The notes: generated from the letters alone by a model not told the origin. 64,000 nt of DNA from Abditibacteriaceae bacterium (GCA_965277285.1 OZ255721.1:704001-768000), one strand, 5' to 3'; counted from the stretch's first letter, positions 19,309-30,493 are shown. Numbers and translations: made by a program.

Positions 19309-22092
19309 TCAACTTGCGCGGCGCAGGCGTTTGCGCAGTTTTTCGAGTTCGGTTTTGATTTCGTCGTCGCCCAATTTTTGCTGGCGCGTGCTGCCGTCGG
19401 CTTTGGCTTTAATGCGGCGCGTGACGTAAAACGCGTCTTCGGCGCGGCCTGCCCACGTCGTGACTTTGGCCGAATGAATGTCCCATTTCATCGCGGCCAG
19501 AGTGCGCGTGATATGAAACATCAGGCCGGGCACGTTGTCGTTCACCATCGTCAAAACCGAATGTTCGTCACTCAAATCGTTGCGGACAGAAATTTTCATT
19601 GGCGAAATGCCAGTCGGATTATTTTTGCCGGTCGCTTCCAAAATTTCTTCGACGCTTTTGCGGTCGAGCAGAACTTGGCGCAGGCTGGCCGCCAAACGCG
19701 CGCTTTGCGACGAGTTCAAAGGCCGTCCGCCGCGACTGACATGAAGACGATCCAAAACAATGTCGCGCACAACGCTTGGCGACGTGTCATTTCCCAATCG
19801 AGTACTCGATTCGCCGGCAGTTGCCGTCTTTGTTTCCTGAGAACTGCCGTCTACGTCCTGCCGGCTGGACTCGCCGCGCCAATCGCCGATAGTAAAAACC
19901 TGTGCCATGCGAATGTCGTTGCCCAGCGCGTACACCACGCCGCAAATTTTCGCTAAAAGTCCGGGTTCCGGGTCGTCGTAAGCAATGACCGTCATTTCTG
20001 TGAAGGCGTCGCGCGCGTGGTTGTAAAAATCGACGATCAATTTTTCCTCGGGCAATTGATCCAGAAAACGCAAATGTGTCGCAATCGTTGGCAAAGGCGT
20101 GTTCAAAACATAAGACGCGGGCAGATTTTCGCAGAGTTTTTGCAGCGTTTCGTCGTCCATTTCCAGATGTCGCATTTCGCGCCGCAAGCGTTGGCGTTCG
20201 CGCTGAATCATTTCTTCGCGCGCCTCGGAATCGGTCAAAACTTGCGAGGCTTCCTCACGCGTCATCGCCATCAAAACGCGTTCGTACAATTCGCGCATCG
20301 ACGCCAATTCCGAAGACGAATAAGCGCGTTCGCTGACGGCGCGCGTATCGGCCAGCGACAGCAAATACAACATCTTCAAGTTGGACACATCGCCAACGTT
20401 TTCGATCATGTCGCGGATCGTCCCGTGCGCGGAAAGTTCGCGCAAACGCGCCACGCGTGGAATCAATAAATGTCGTCGCACCAAAAGTTGCAGGCGCACG
20501 ATACGCTCTTCGCGCAGTTCCAGGCGGCTACCGATATGGCGCACCATGCGCTCGCCGCTGATGGCGTGATCGCCGTCCGGTTCGACTTTGCCAACATCGT
20601 GCAGAAGGGTTCCGAGTACTAAAAGTTCGACATCATCAACGCCATCCCAAACGGCGTACAAAAATTCGTCGGTGCTGCGCGCTTTCCACAGTTCGCCCAG
20701 TTGTCGCACGGCGTTGATCGAATGTTCGCCGACTGTCAGTTCGTGCATCGGGTCGGCGGGCGCCAAATGCAGCATTTGGTCGAATTCGGGGATGAACTTT
20801 TGCAACAAGCCGCGACCTCGCAATTGCGTCAGCGCGTCCGCGGCGCTTTCAACGTCCGACAGCAGCGACAAAAACGAGGCGCGCATAATCGGGTTGCGGC
20901 GCACCGTCGAGTTGATTTGCGGCAAGGCTTCTTCGATTTGCAAATCGAGGGCGGGCGAAGACGGAAAGTGATATTTATGAGAAAGCGCGAACGGCGTCAT
21001 CAAAAGTTCGGGATGGTTGCGCAACACAAAAGGATGCGCCGCTTCCAACCTTTGTCCGACCGCCACAAAATGATCGTCTAAGCGCAGCGGCCCTTCGATC
21101 AAGCGCCGCATTACTTTTTCGGAAAAACGCAGCGCATCTTCCGCATGATGATAATAATCTTGCAGCAGTTCCTGCGAGGCGCGCGCTCCCGCTCCGCTAT
21201 AACCCCAATCACGGGCGCAGCGATCTTGCCATTGAATCAGCAGAACATCGGTTTTGCGCCCCGTTCTCAAATGCAGCCATACGCGCAACTTGAGAAAAAA
21301 CTCGTTGGAGGCTTGCGCGCGTGCCACGTCATCGCGCGTGATCAAGCCGCGCCATTCCAAATCGCGCAGCGGTTCTTCGCTCGAATGCAAGGCGCCAGCC
21401 GACCATAACGCCGTATGCAATTCGCGTAAAGCGCCGGTACCTTCTTTCAAGTTCGGCTCGACCGAATACAGCGACAGCGATAGTCGATTGGAAACCTGGC
21501 GGCGCGCTTCGACTTGCGAGAGCAGAAAATCGACGGCATCCCAGTTGTAATGCAATTCTTCGCGCATACGGCGGCGCAAACGTGTGCTGCCCGCGACCAG
21601 ACGCGCTTCCAGCAAGGCGGCTTTAGCCGTGTGATCCAATCGAACGCAATCGGAAATAGGGCGATACGCGTAGCCGACATCCAGACGCGCGCCGTCAATC
21701 AGGACTTCGACCAACAAGCGAAAGGCTTCTTTGACGACGGCATCGAGCAGAGGATTTTCTTCTTCGCCGGGCACAAACGCGATGTCGATGTCGGAGTGCG
21801 GACAAAGTTCGCGCCGCCCATAACCGCCAATCGCCAAAATCGCCATTTCCGCGCCGTGCGTTTCGCCTTCGTGTGCCTCGTCTTCGGCGCTTTCGGGCAA
21901 GCCCGCTGGCAAGCCAGACGCAGCGCGCGCCAAATGCCACGCCGTATGATAAATGCGGCGCAACGTTTCATCGACTAAAGCCGTGTAATCGTGCAACCAT
22001 TCGATGCCAGGCTGCGACGAAGGCGAGCGATTGAGCAGTTCGTCGCGTCCGGCTAAAAAAAAATCGCGTAACTCGGGAGCGGAATAAATCAC
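19309..22092 (-). CDS. glnD: [Protein-PII] uridylyltransferase-like (NT + HD + two ACT domains)
   Basis: AIGGYGRRELCPHSDIDI, EPNLKEGTGALRE, TVGEHS, LLHDVGK, ACT-like DDPEPGLL and DNVPGLM. Confidence 0.88.
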   Translation of the reverse strand: MIYSAPELRDFFLAGRDELLNRSPSSQPGIEWLHDYTALVDETLRRIYHTAWHLARAASGLPAGLPESAEDEAHEGETHGAEMAILAIGGYGRRELCPHSDIDIAFVPGEEENPLLDAVVKEAFRLLVEVLIDGARLDVGYAYRPISDCVRLDHTAKAALLEARLVAGSTRLRRRMREELHYNWDAVDFLLSQVEARRQVSNRLSLSLYSVEPNLKEGTGALRELHTALWSAGALHSSEEPLRDLEWRGLITRDDVARAQASNEFFLKLRVWLHLRTGRKTDVLLIQWQDRCARDWGYSGAGARASQELLQDYYHHAEDALRFSEKVMRRLIEGPLRLDDHFVAVGQRLEAAHPFVLRNHPELLMTPFALSHKYHFPSSPALDLQIEEALPQINSTVRRNPIMRASFLSLLSDVESAADALTQLRGRGLLQKFIPEFDQMLHLAPADPMHELTVGEHSINAVRQLGELWKARSTDEFLYAVWDGVDDVELLVLGTLLHDVGKVEPDGDHAISGERMVRHIGSRLELREERIVRLQLLVRRHLLIPRVARLRELSAHGTIRDMIENVGDVSNLKMLYLLSLADTRAVSERAYSSSELASMRELYERVLMAMTREEASQVLTDSEAREEMIQRERQRLRREMRHLEMDDETLQKLCENLPASYVLNTPLPTIATHLRFLDQLPEEKLIVDFYNHARDAFTEMTVIAYDDPEPGLLAKICGVVYALGNDIRMAQVFTIGDWRGESSRQDVDGSSQETKTATAGESSTRLGNDTSPSVVRDIVLDRLHVSRGGRPLNSSQSARLAASLRQVLLDRKSVEEILEATGKNNPTGISPMKISVRNDLSDEHSVLTMVNDNVPGLMFHITRTLAAMKWDIHSAKVTTWAGRAEDAFYVTRRIKAKADGSTRQQKLGDDEIKTELEKLRKRLRRAS

Positions 22093-22125
22093 GTTGGAAT
22101 GCCTGTAGAAAGAAATGGTACGAAA

Positions 22126-22155
22126 TGTAGGGGCGCAGCACGTTGCGCCCCTACA
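22126..22155. repeat. GTAG-type REP palindrome
   Basis: tgtaggggcgcagcacgttgcgcccctaca. Confidence 0.75.
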
Positions 22156-22194
22156 AGGTTACACAAATATGGCCTATCGAGTACTCGATTGCTT

Positions 22195-22701
22195 TTAAGC
22201 CGCCAATTCTCTGGCTTTATCCAACACTTCTTCGTAGTTCGGTTCCTGCGAAATCTCGGGCACCAATTGCGAATAAGCGATTTTGCCGTCTTTGTCCACG
22301 ATGAAAACGGCGCGCGCCGCGATGCCCAGATTTTCGAGATAGACGCCATAAGCGCGTGCGAAGGTGGCGCCTTTGAAATCGGACAGCAATTTCATTTTCT
22401 CGACACCTTCGGCTCCGCACCAGCGTTTTTGCGCGAACGGCGTGTCGATGCTGACGGTGTAGCCGACGACGTTTTCCGGCAAAGCATCCAGTTCGCGGTT
22501 GAAGCGTGCGGTTTCAATCGAGCAAACGCTGGTGTCAATGCTGGGCACCACGGAAATGATGCGCACTTTGCCATCGGAATCGTGCAGCGAAACGGCGCTC
22601 ATGTCGTTGGCGACAAGCGTGAAATCGGGCGCGGGCGTGCCAGTCTGCGGCAATTCGCCGCTCAAGGTGTGCGCCGTGCCGCGCATTGTGACAGAAGCCA
22701 T
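22195..22701 (-). CDS. tpx: Thiol peroxidase
   Basis: VPSIDTSVC, DTPFAQKRWCGAEG, EPNY. Confidence 0.95.
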   Translation of the reverse strand: MASVTMRGTAHTLSGELPQTGTPAPDFTLVANDMSAVSLHDSDGKVRIISVVPSIDTSVCSIETARFNRELDALPENVVGYTVSIDTPFAQKRWCGAEGVEKMKLLSDFKGATFARAYGVYLENLGIAARAVFIVDKDGKIAYSQLVPEISQEPNYEEVLDKARELAA

Positions 22702-22908
22702 CGGGGTTTCTCCTGAAAGTTGGGGATTGGAAGCGGTCGAAAACGGATTGACCTGCGCGCAGTTTGTCACACGCTTTCGTGCCTCACAAGGCGAACTGAG
22801 GACGAACAAAGGCGATTCGAGTACTCGAAAGCCTCGTGGCAGCTTTCTCGCGGCGCCTTGTTAAACTGCGCGCATTGAAGCCGCATATCAAGGAAACGAG
22901 GAAAACGT

Positions 22909-23502
22909 ATGACACCGAAAAGTTTCGCAATTGTCGCGTGCCGCTTACTGGCGATCTGGTTTTTCGTGGATGCGGTGCATGATTTTGTAAGAGCTGCATA
23001 CACAACTTACACATATGTGAATTCTTCATCTGGCGCAAAGACTTTTGCGGCTTCTTGGTACGCGTCGTCGGTTGTTTATAGCGTTGCCTTGCCGCTCATT
23101 AACTTATGCGCTTGTTGTGTATTGTGGATTGGCGCTTCCACCTTAGCCAAGATGATGCTGGGTGCGGAGATTCACACTTCCAATGAAAGTCGATTCGAGA
23201 TGAGAAATTGGCAATCTGTGGGTTTGTCGCTCATCGGTGCGTTTGTCGCTCTTCAAGGAATCAGCGCTTTAACGAGCTATTTGGTGCTTAGGATGTCTTA
23301 TTCTACTGCAGCCTGGAATGCCATATATAGTAAAGACTTGTTCACTGGGCGTCAAATTGCGACAGCCGCCGTACAAACCATTCTCGGTCTCATTTTGCTT
23401 TTTCGAGCGCAAAAGACGATTCGAGTACTCGAATATCTGCAACGCGGCGGGCGCGATGAAACATCGGACGGCACGGTTTTGAATGACGACGTTGCATCAT
23501 AA
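22909..23502 (+). CDS. Hypothetical membrane protein (about 4 TM)
   Basis: Hydrophobic segments; GAGG RBS. Confidence 0.7.
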   Translation: MTPKSFAIVACRLLAIWFFVDAVHDFVRAAYTTYTYVNSSSGAKTFAASWYASSVVYSVALPLINLCACCVLWIGASTLAKMMLGAEIHTSNESRFEMRNWQSVGLSLIGAFVALQGISALTSYLVLRMSYSTAAWNAIYSKDLFTGRQIATAAVQTILGLILLFRAQKTIRVLEYLQRGGRDETSDGTVLNDDVAS

Positions 23503-23652
23503 ATCATTGCTTCGTCAAAGTTCGGTTTTGAAACGGAAACCGCCTCATTCGCTTATACTGAAACGTCGCGCCGTCTTGTGAAATCGCCGCTTTGTTTTGG
23601 TGGATACGGCGCTGTTAAAATTCTAAATCGAGTACTCGAATCAAGGAAAATT

Positions 23653-24435
23653 ATGCATATTGGATTGGCTGGATGGAGCATTCATCGTCGTTTTCGTCGC
23701 AAAGATAACCCGCTGCAATTGCTCGATTTCCCACGCTTGGCGCGCCATGAATGGGGCTTTGGCGCGGTCGAACTGAACAACGTTTTTATGGCGTCGCACG
23801 ACGACGATTACGTCGACCGATTGAAGCGCAACGCCGAAGAATGCGGTGTCGCGTTGTGGGGCATGGCGGTTGATGGCGCAGGAAGTTTATGCGGCGAAAA
23901 CGAAGATGAGCGCCGCGCCAGTATCGCCAAATGCGCCGAATATCTGCCGATTGGAAAGCGTTTAGGTCTGACCTATATGCGCTTCAACACGGGCGGCGAC
24001 GACAACCCGAGCGAAGCGCAAATTGAGCGTTGCGCCGATTCGTTTGCGCAACTGGCGAAAATGGGCGAAGAGCAGGGCATTATGATTTGCATCGAAAATC
24101 ATGGCGGTCTGTCGAAAACGCCCGATCCGATGGTCGCCGTGATGAAGCGCGTCAATTCGTCATATTGCCGCACGCTGCCCGATTTTGGCAACTTTGCGCC
24201 CGAAATTCGCTACGAAGCGCTGGAAAAAGTCGTGCCTTTCGCCGTCGCCTGTCACGCCAAGTTTTTCGAGTTCGATGAACACGGCAACGATACGCAAATC
24301 GACGCCGGGCGCATCAGAAATATTTTCAAGGCCGCCAGCTTCGATGGCCGCCTGGCGCTGGAGTTTGAAGGCCAAATGGACGACGGCGAAGGCGTGCGCC
24401 TCTCGAAAGCCTTGCTCGAACGCACTTTTGTGTGA
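23653..24435 (+). CDS. Sugar phosphate isomerase/epimerase (xylose isomerase-like TIM barrel)
   Basis: IENHGG, LPDFGNF, CHAK, LEFEG. Confidence 0.88.
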   Translation: MHIGLAGWSIHRRFRRKDNPLQLLDFPRLARHEWGFGAVELNNVFMASHDDDYVDRLKRNAEECGVALWGMAVDGAGSLCGENEDERRASIAKCAEYLPIGKRLGLTYMRFNTGGDDNPSEAQIERCADSFAQLAKMGEEQGIMICIENHGGLSKTPDPMVAVMKRVNSSYCRTLPDFGNFAPEIRYEALEKVVPFAVACHAKFFEFDEHGNDTQIDAGRIRNIFKAASFDGRLALEFEGQMDDGEGVRLSKALLERTFV

Positions 24436-24489
24436 GCGTGCATTTGCACTTTAGAAGCTATTTGAAAAGTAGAAAAACGCTGGGAAGTG

Positions 24490-24579
24490 GTAGTGTGTCA
24501 TTCTGAGCGAAGCGAAGAATCCCCAGAGGTTCAGCATAGAGTCAGGGGATTCTTCGCTTCGCTCAGAATGACACACTAC
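24490..24579. repeat. REP-like inverted repeat, GTCATTCTGAG family (copy 3)
   Basis: gtagtgtgtcattctgagcgaagcgaagaatcccc ... ggggattcttcgcttcgctcagaatgacacactac. Confidence 0.9.
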
Positions 24580-24678
24580 GGGTTTGTCATCTCTTTTTTT
24601 TACAGCCTCTTAGAATGACACATTGCAGCTTTGAAATCCTGACGTTTGGCTGCCGACCCATTGTACGAAGGAGTTTTT

Positions 24679-25359
24679 ATGCGCAATTTCTGGACGTTTC
24701 CGCTTGCTGGCGCAAGTCTCATCGCGTTGTGCGTAGTGGCGAGTTTTTCATCGCCGCCAGCAGCTTCGCATGAAGAAATAGCTGACACTTCGAGTACTCG
24801 AAATGCGTCGAAAGACAAGGAAAGCGCGAGAGATTTATGGCTTGACGAGCTATATCGTGAATCGGACGCCGCGTTTCACAAAGGCAATTTCCCGCTGGCG
24901 ATTGAAAAGTTCAAGGCGATTGTCGTGCTCGACCCGGACGACGTCGAGGCGTTTTCGACCGGCGCCTGGCTGATGTGGAGCATTGGCAACGGCGACGAAG
25001 CGACGGCGTTCATGCGTCGCGGCGTGCAACTCAGCCCGCAAGATGGCGCTATGTGGGAAGCCGCCGCCGATCATTTTGACGAGCGCAAAGTGCTCCCGCA
25101 GGAAGTTCTCAGCGATTACCAGAAAGCATTGCAATTGGCGCCCAAAGAAAAAGACACGCGCTTGTTGCGGCATCGCGTGGCCATCGCGGCACAGATCACG
25201 GGCGACTTGAATCTGGCGCAACAAGTTTGGACGAATGTCCTGAAAGATTATCCCAATGACACGGTGGCCGCCGACAAGCTGCAACAATTGAAAGACGGTC
25301 ATCCTCTTCCGGCGCCGCGCGTTCAAACAACTTCAAAAACTTCGACTTCCACGACATGA
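24679..25359 (+). CDS. Secreted tetratricopeptide-repeat protein
   Basis: Signal peptide; TPR-like helices (AIEKFKAIVVLDPDDVEAF; YQKALQLAP). Confidence 0.75.
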   Translation: MRNFWTFPLAGASLIALCVVASFSSPPAASHEEIADTSSTRNASKDKESARDLWLDELYRESDAAFHKGNFPLAIEKFKAIVVLDPDDVEAFSTGAWLMWSIGNGDEATAFMRRGVQLSPQDGAMWEAAADHFDERKVLPQEVLSDYQKALQLAPKEKDTRLLRHRVAIAAQITGDLNLAQQVWTNVLKDYPNDTVAADKLQQLKDGHPLPAPRVQTTSKTSTSTT

Positions 25360-26660
25360 AAATCGCAATTATCGGCGGCGGCCCGATGGGTATTGAAGCC
25401 GCGTTATACGGAACGATGGCAGGCTTTGACGTGCAACTTTTCGAGCGCGGACGCCTGTGCCAGAACGTGCGAACTTGGGGCTACATCGGTCTTTTTACCG
25501 AATGGAAGCGCAATCGCAGCCCTCTCGCCGCTCGCTTGTTGCAAGAAAAAGGTATCGAATTACCGACTGAAGAAACGACTTCAACGGGCGATGAATTGGC
25601 GAATTACGTCGAAAGTTTGGCGAACCTCGAAGCGTTGCGCGGACGCATTTTTCCTCATACTGAAGTTGTGGCATTGACGCGCGAACGAGTACTCAAAAGC
25701 GATTACGCCAACGACCCGCGTCGCGCCCAGTCGCCGTTTCGCTTGATTGTACGCGACGAAGATGGCGAGCGCGTCGTTCACGCCGATGTCGTGATCGATG
25801 CAACCGGCGTTTATGCGACGCCCAATCCTCTGGGCAATGGTGGCGCAATTTGTCCAGGCGAAACTTCTGCTCGCGCGCACATCGATTATGCTTTACCCGA
25901 TGTTATGGGACGCGACCGCGCGCGTTTCGCGGATCGTCACACTTTGGTTGTCGGCAGCGGACATTCCGCCGCGTCGACGTTGCGCTCCATCGGCGATTTG
26001 TTCGAGGAGTTTCCGCAAACGCGCGCGACTTGGGTGGTGCGCCGCGATGTGCCGCCGCACGGCGCGCCTTATACGCTCGACCCCGATGAATCGTCGCCAC
26101 ATCGCGGAGCCTTGCACCAACGCGCCAACGAACTGGCCGACGATCCGCGCGTCGATTTCCATCCTTGCACCGTTATCGAAGCTATCGAGTACTCGAATGA
26201 ACGTTTTCGCGTCGTGCTGAATTCCATCGAAAACGGGCAAGTGCAATTTAGCGAAATCGCGTGCGACAATATCGCGTGCCACACAGGTTTTCGCCCTGAT
26301 CCGATGTTATGGCGCGAATTGCAAATTGTCGAACATCCCGTGACGGGCGGGCCTTTCGGTTTGGGCGAAGTGCTTTTGACGGCCAACAAGCGCGCGGGCG
26401 TCGGGCTTTCGACAGGTTACGCGGAAAGGAAAATCGAAGAAACCCCGGACGCCGAACCGCCGATTGAAACTTTGGGTGATGAGCGCAACGACAGCCGTCT
26501 TTTGCGCCAAAACGAGCCGAACTTTTACGTTTTGGGCATCAAAAGTTATGGCCGCGACGCCGGTTTCCTGATGCAAAACGGCTTCCGCCAAATCCGCGAC
26601 GCTTACAAAATCATCACCCAAAACGACAAGTTTGACTTGTACGACGGCGCGCTGGACTGA
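25356..26660 (+). CDS. FAD/NAD(P)-dependent oxidoreductase (flavoprotein monooxygenase-like)
   Basis: IIGGGPMG, VIDATG, VVGSGHSA, TGFRPD, EPNFYVLGIKSYGR. Confidence 0.85.
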   Translation: MKIAIIGGGPMGIEAALYGTMAGFDVQLFERGRLCQNVRTWGYIGLFTEWKRNRSPLAARLLQEKGIELPTEETTSTGDELANYVESLANLEALRGRIFPHTEVVALTRERVLKSDYANDPRRAQSPFRLIVRDEDGERVVHADVVIDATGVYATPNPLGNGGAICPGETSARAHIDYALPDVMGRDRARFADRHTLVVGSGHSAASTLRSIGDLFEEFPQTRATWVVRRDVPPHGAPYTLDPDESSPHRGALHQRANELADDPRVDFHPCTVIEAIEYSNERFRVVLNSIENGQVQFSEIACDNIACHTGFRPDPMLWRELQIVEHPVTGGPFGLGEVLLTANKRAGVGLSTGYAERKIEETPDAEPPIETLGDERNDSRLLRQNEPNFYVLGIKSYGRDAGFLMQNGFRQIRDAYKIITQNDKFDLYDGALD

Positions 26661-26747
26661 ATCGAGTACTCGATTCGCCAGTTCAACGCTTTCGTCTTGC
26701 TTTTGCCACAACTTCCTGAAACCTCCTCTCAACTTTTTTGCCTCGTC

Positions 26748-26776
26748 TTGACACGCTGGGAAAAGCCACGTATATT
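26748..26776 (+). promoter_or_regulatory. Sigma70-like promoter
   Basis: TTGACA-17 bp-TATATT upstream of the prepilin-type gene. Confidence 0.65.
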
Positions 26777-26862
26777 AATTCCGACAATATGGTCGGAATT
26801 GATTTGGTGAGGCCTCGCCATCGATTGCAATGTAGCCAATAGCTGTTGTAAGGAGATTTGGT

Positions 26863-27702
26863 ATGAGTTGGAGAGTTGAGTCGTCCACTGCGAGACGCGG
26901 TTTTACATTGATTGAGCTGTTGGTCGTGATCGCTATTATTGCGATTCTTGCCGCGGTTTTGTTTCCTGCTTTCGCGCAGGCGCGTGACAAGGCGCGCGCT
27001 ACGGCTTGTATGTCGAATATGAAGCAGCTTGGCGTCGCTTTGCAGATGTATTTGCAGGAGAACGACGAACGTTTGTTTTTCCGTTCTTCGACAACGGCAG
27101 CCAATACACGCGCGAACGTTTCAACCAGTGGCAATAACCTGAAATGGTGGAACCAGTTGATGCCTTACCTGAAGACGCCGAACGTTTTTGCCTGCTTCAG
27201 TGACAGTAATCCCACGCTAAGTCCTGATATTAACGGCAATCCCACCGTGACACGATCTTATGTGGTGTCGAACGCCGTCGAAGACTTGAATATGTCTCAG
27301 ATCACCAATCCGGCCAGTGCTATTGTGGTTTCGGAAAAATGGGATAAAGACCTTAGTGGCGCCGCCATCACCGAAAGCTGGCTGGAAGCGTTTGATGGCG
27401 ACATGAGTCCCGATTCTCACAATCCTACGCTGCGCCCGATGATAAAGTTCGCCAATCGGCATCAGGGCGGCATGGAGTGTGTTTTCTTCGATGGCCACGC
27501 CAAATGGATGAGGCCCGAGGTCATTATCCATAACCCATTGTTGAATGGATGCGCCTTGATTCATGCTTATCCAACGCCAAATATGTGCGATTCTTCGGTC
27601 GCTGGCTGTACTCGCACCAATCCATCGACTGGCTATGGAGACGATGCCGTCAAGCCCAACCTGTGCAACAATCCCGCTTTTCAACCGTTCCCTCAGCCTT
27701 AA
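26863..27702 (+). CDS. Prepilin-type N-terminal cleavage/methylation DUF1559 protein with H-X9-DG motif
   Basis: [49 protein letters not shown]. Confidence 0.92.
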   Translation: MSWRVESSTARRGFTLIELLVVIAIIAILAAVLFPAFAQARDKARATACMSNMKQLGVALQMYLQENDERLFFRSSTTAANTRANVSTSGNNLKWWNQLMPYLKTPNVFACFSDSNPTLSPDINGNPTVTRSYVVSNAVEDLNMSQITNPASAIVVSEKWDKDLSGAAITESWLEAFDGDMSPDSHNPTLRPMIKFANRHQGGMECVFFDGHAKWMRPEVIIHNPLLNGCALIHAYPTPNMCDSSVAGCTRTNPSTGYGDDAVKPNLCNNPAFQPFPQP

Positions 27703-27733
27703 ACCCACCGCCTTAAAACAGCGTTTTTCAAAA

Positions 27734-27769
27734 CAAAAGCAGTGCGCCTGAGGTGACGCGCTGCTTTTG
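27734..27769 (+). terminator. Intrinsic terminator candidate
   Basis: caaaagcagtgcg...cgcgctgcttttg hairpin after the prepilin gene. Confidence 0.5.
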
Positions 27770-27872
27770 GCCTTTCGCTCCAACTACGACGTTAGCAAAA
27801 TCGTTCTCGACGGAGCGCCCACAATTTCGACGCTGAAACTACATTGAGTACTCGATTGTCTTAGTAGCACAC

Positions 27873-27911
27873 TAAAAGGGCGCTATCTTTATTAGAGATA
27901 GCGCCCTTTTA
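27873..27911. terminator. Bidirectional intrinsic terminator
   Basis: taaaagggcgctatct-loop-agatagcgccctttta between convergent genes. Confidence 0.75.
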
Positions 27912-27964
27912 CAATCACTATTTGCGACACCAGGAACACAACGTTTGTGGTTCACCCTTGGGCT

Positions 27965-30259
27965 TTAGCGAACCGCTGGAATTTTCTGGAAGATTCCGAC
28001 ATCGACGAACTGCGGGCCGCCGGTATTTTTGCAATGAACGGCGAGCGTATTTTGTCCGCCCAGAACGAGCGCGTGCTTCCCCTCAGCCGTCATCGCATGG
28101 TATTCGTAGCTTGAGTTGGCGCCGCCGTTTTCGTAGGCCAGAACGCCGTTGATATAAACCTCGACGTTGTCATCGTGATAAAGACGCACCATCAGTTGAC
28201 TGACCTGTGTGGCGTTCAGGTTGCCCAGCGTGAAGGTGCGGCGCAACCAGATGTCGGACGATGACCAGTTCGTTGCGGCGCTCGCCCAAGAAGGTTCGCC
28301 CTCGCCGAAACCGCCCTTGCCAACTTGCCATGCCGTGTCATCGAAAGACTTTTGCAGCCAATCGGAGGACGGCGCCGTGAACGTGTATTTCCAGGTTTGA
28401 GCCGCATCTTCCGAAGTCGGAACGAACGCTTTGTAGGTCGGAACCGGATACGCGAAGCGGTTGGCGCGCAGGATTTGTGCTGCGTTCGGTTTGAGATGCC
28501 TGTCATAGGTCATCAGGCCGTTGATCTCGCCTTCGACATCGGTAATCTGCGTGTAAACCGCCGCGCTCATGCCTCTTTCGTCGCGGAAATGCTTGATCAT
28601 CGCGGCATATTCGCCGTAGGTGTCTTCCATGTCGCGCGCGTTGGTCGCAGACGTGTAGCCCCAGCTATCGGCTTTCCAGGTATGACCCTTGATCGCCCAG
28701 CCGATGCCGCCAAACTCGCCGCACGCCATCGCCTGAGCCGGATCTTGCGCCAGCGCTTGTGCATGGTTGGCCACAGGCGAAGACGGCGGCGGATAGTTGT
28801 GAATGTCATCGAGATCGCCGACATCGCCATCGCCGCCTTTTTCGTATCCCGCGCCGCTGTCTCTGTCAACCAGACGCGACGGATCAATCGACTTCGCCAG
28901 ATTGACAAGCTGTCGCGTATCGTGGCGTCCCTGACTTTCGTTGAAAATCACCCACATGATGATGGCGGGCGAGTTCCAGTGCTCGGTGATCGTCGTCCTC
29001 AACTGCTTTTCAAAAGCGGCTTTATCGAGAGGCGCCGGTTTATCGGTATAAGAGTTGGCCGAAGGCATATCCTGCCACACCATCAAGCCAAGTTTGTCGG
29101 CCCAGTAATACCAGCGCGCCGGCTCGACTTTGATGTGCTTGCGCACCATGTTGAAGCCCAGCCGCTTCTCCATTTCAAGATCGGACTTGAGTGCCGCATC
29201 AGTCGGCGCCGTGTAAATGCCGTCCGGCCAGAAACCCTGATCGAGCGGCCCGAACTGAAAGACGAACTTGTTATTCAACAGCATTCTCGGAACGCCGTTC
29301 ACCTTGCCAACCGAAATCTTGCGCATTCCAAAATAGGAAGTCACCGCGTCGCTCTGCGTTTTTCCATTGAGAAGCGCGACTTTCACGTCGTAAAGGAACG
29401 GGCTAATGGGCGACCACAACCGGGGCTTAGGAAGTGCAATTGCGGTCTCGACGCCTGGTTTGACAGTCACGGTTTTGATGACGCGACCCGCCTCGCTAAT
29501 AGAAATCACGGCGCGGCTTTGTGGCGTGGCGCCATTGGCGTTGACAGTAAATCTGATGCGGCTCTTGTCCACATCGGGAATCATGTGCAGGTTTTGAATT
29601 GAAGTGCGCGCGACCGGTTCGAGCCACACCGTCTGCCAGATGCCCGTCGTCGGCGTGTACATAATGCCGCCAGGATGCAGGGTTTGCTTGCCGCGCGGTT
29701 GTCCGCCCAGATCGGTCGGATCGTAAACGCGGACAATGAGTTCCTGCGGCCCGTTGCCCTTCAGGAAACGCGTGATGTCGAGCGTAAACGGCTCATATCC
29801 GCCGCGATGAATGCCTACACTCTGGCCGTTGATGTAAATCTCAGATTCATAATCGACTGCGCCAAAATGCAGCTTGAGTTGCTGGTTCTTCCACGACGCG
29901 GGAACGGTGAAACTGCGGCGATACCACAATCGGTCATGGTGTTCCATTACGCCAGAAAGCGCCGATTCGACGGGAAAAGGTACCAGAATCTCGCTCGATA
30001 ATTTGCGTCTGGTGGGCACTGCATCGTCGACGTTGCCGCTTTGATACTGCCAGACGCCGTTCAAATTCATCCACGCGGAACGCACCATTTGCGGACGCGG
30101 ATATTCGGGCAGCGCGTTCGTCGGCGAAACCTGTGAGGCCCAGCGTGTCATAAGGGGCGCTTTTTTTGGCGCCCAGGCGCGGGCTTCACCCGAACAAAAC
30201 AAGGAAACGGCACACGCGAGCGCCGCCGAAAACTTGAGAGCGCGAGGAGTTACATTCAT
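27965..30259 (-). CDS. Glycoside hydrolase family 2 (secreted) with C-terminal galactose-binding-like domain
   Basis: EYPRPQ, LHFGAVD, GPLDQGFWPDG, GFNMVRKHIK, WVIFNES, CGEFGG. Confidence 0.92.
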   Translation of the reverse strand: MNVTPRALKFSAALACAVSLFCSGEARAWAPKKAPLMTRWASQVSPTNALPEYPRPQMVRSAWMNLNGVWQYQSGNVDDAVPTRRKLSSEILVPFPVESALSGVMEHHDRLWYRRSFTVPASWKNQQLKLHFGAVDYESEIYINGQSVGIHRGGYEPFTLDITRFLKGNGPQELIVRVYDPTDLGGQPRGKQTLHPGGIMYTPTTGIWQTVWLEPVARTSIQNLHMIPDVDKSRIRFTVNANGATPQSRAVISISEAGRVIKTVTVKPGVETAIALPKPRLWSPISPFLYDVKVALLNGKTQSDAVTSYFGMRKISVGKVNGVPRMLLNNKFVFQFGPLDQGFWPDGIYTAPTDAALKSDLEMEKRLGFNMVRKHIKVEPARWYYWADKLGLMVWQDMPSANSYTDKPAPLDKAAFEKQLRTTITEHWNSPAIIMWVIFNESQGRHDTRQLVNLAKSIDPSRLVDRDSGAGYEKGGDGDVGDLDDIHNYPPPSSPVANHAQALAQDPAQAMACGEFGGIGWAIKGHTWKADSWGYTSATNARDMEDTYGEYAAMIKHFRDERGMSAAVYTQITDVEGEINGLMTYDRHLKPNAAQILRANRFAYPVPTYKAFVPTSEDAAQTWKYTFTAPSSDWLQKSFDDTAWQVGKGGFGEGEPSWASAATNWSSSDIWLRRTFTLGNLNATQVSQLMVRLYHDDNVEVYINGVLAYENGGANSSYEYHAMTAEGKHALVLGGQNTLAVHCKNTGGPQFVDVGIFQKIPAVR

Positions 30260-30371
30260 AAAGCATCCTAATTTGAAGTGTATTTTGGGGCACGTTTTAG
30301 CTTATCATGTGATGCGGTCACCCACAAGAAACCGGCATATAGCCGTAGCATATAAAACCATGCTTGAGTAA

Positions 30372-30448
30372 AAGAAACGACCAAGCTCGGCTGTCGTAGA
30401 AAGCGCGGGCTGCAGGAGGTCGGGCGCAGCGCCTTGTTAGCCCGCTTG
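30372..30448 (-). mobile_element. attC-like integron cassette recombination site
   Basis: Minus strand GGCTAAC-AAGGC-GCTGCGCC...GCCGAGC-TTGGTC-GTT matches the R''/L''/L'/R' layout, just downstream of the HEPN gene. Confidence 0.6.
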
Positions 30449-30493
30449 GTAGTAACGTACTACGTGATTTACAACAAGAATGCTGTAGGCTGT

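Noticed and set aside
28325..29602. 425-aa plus-strand ORF
   Set aside because: Antisense shadow of the GH2 gene
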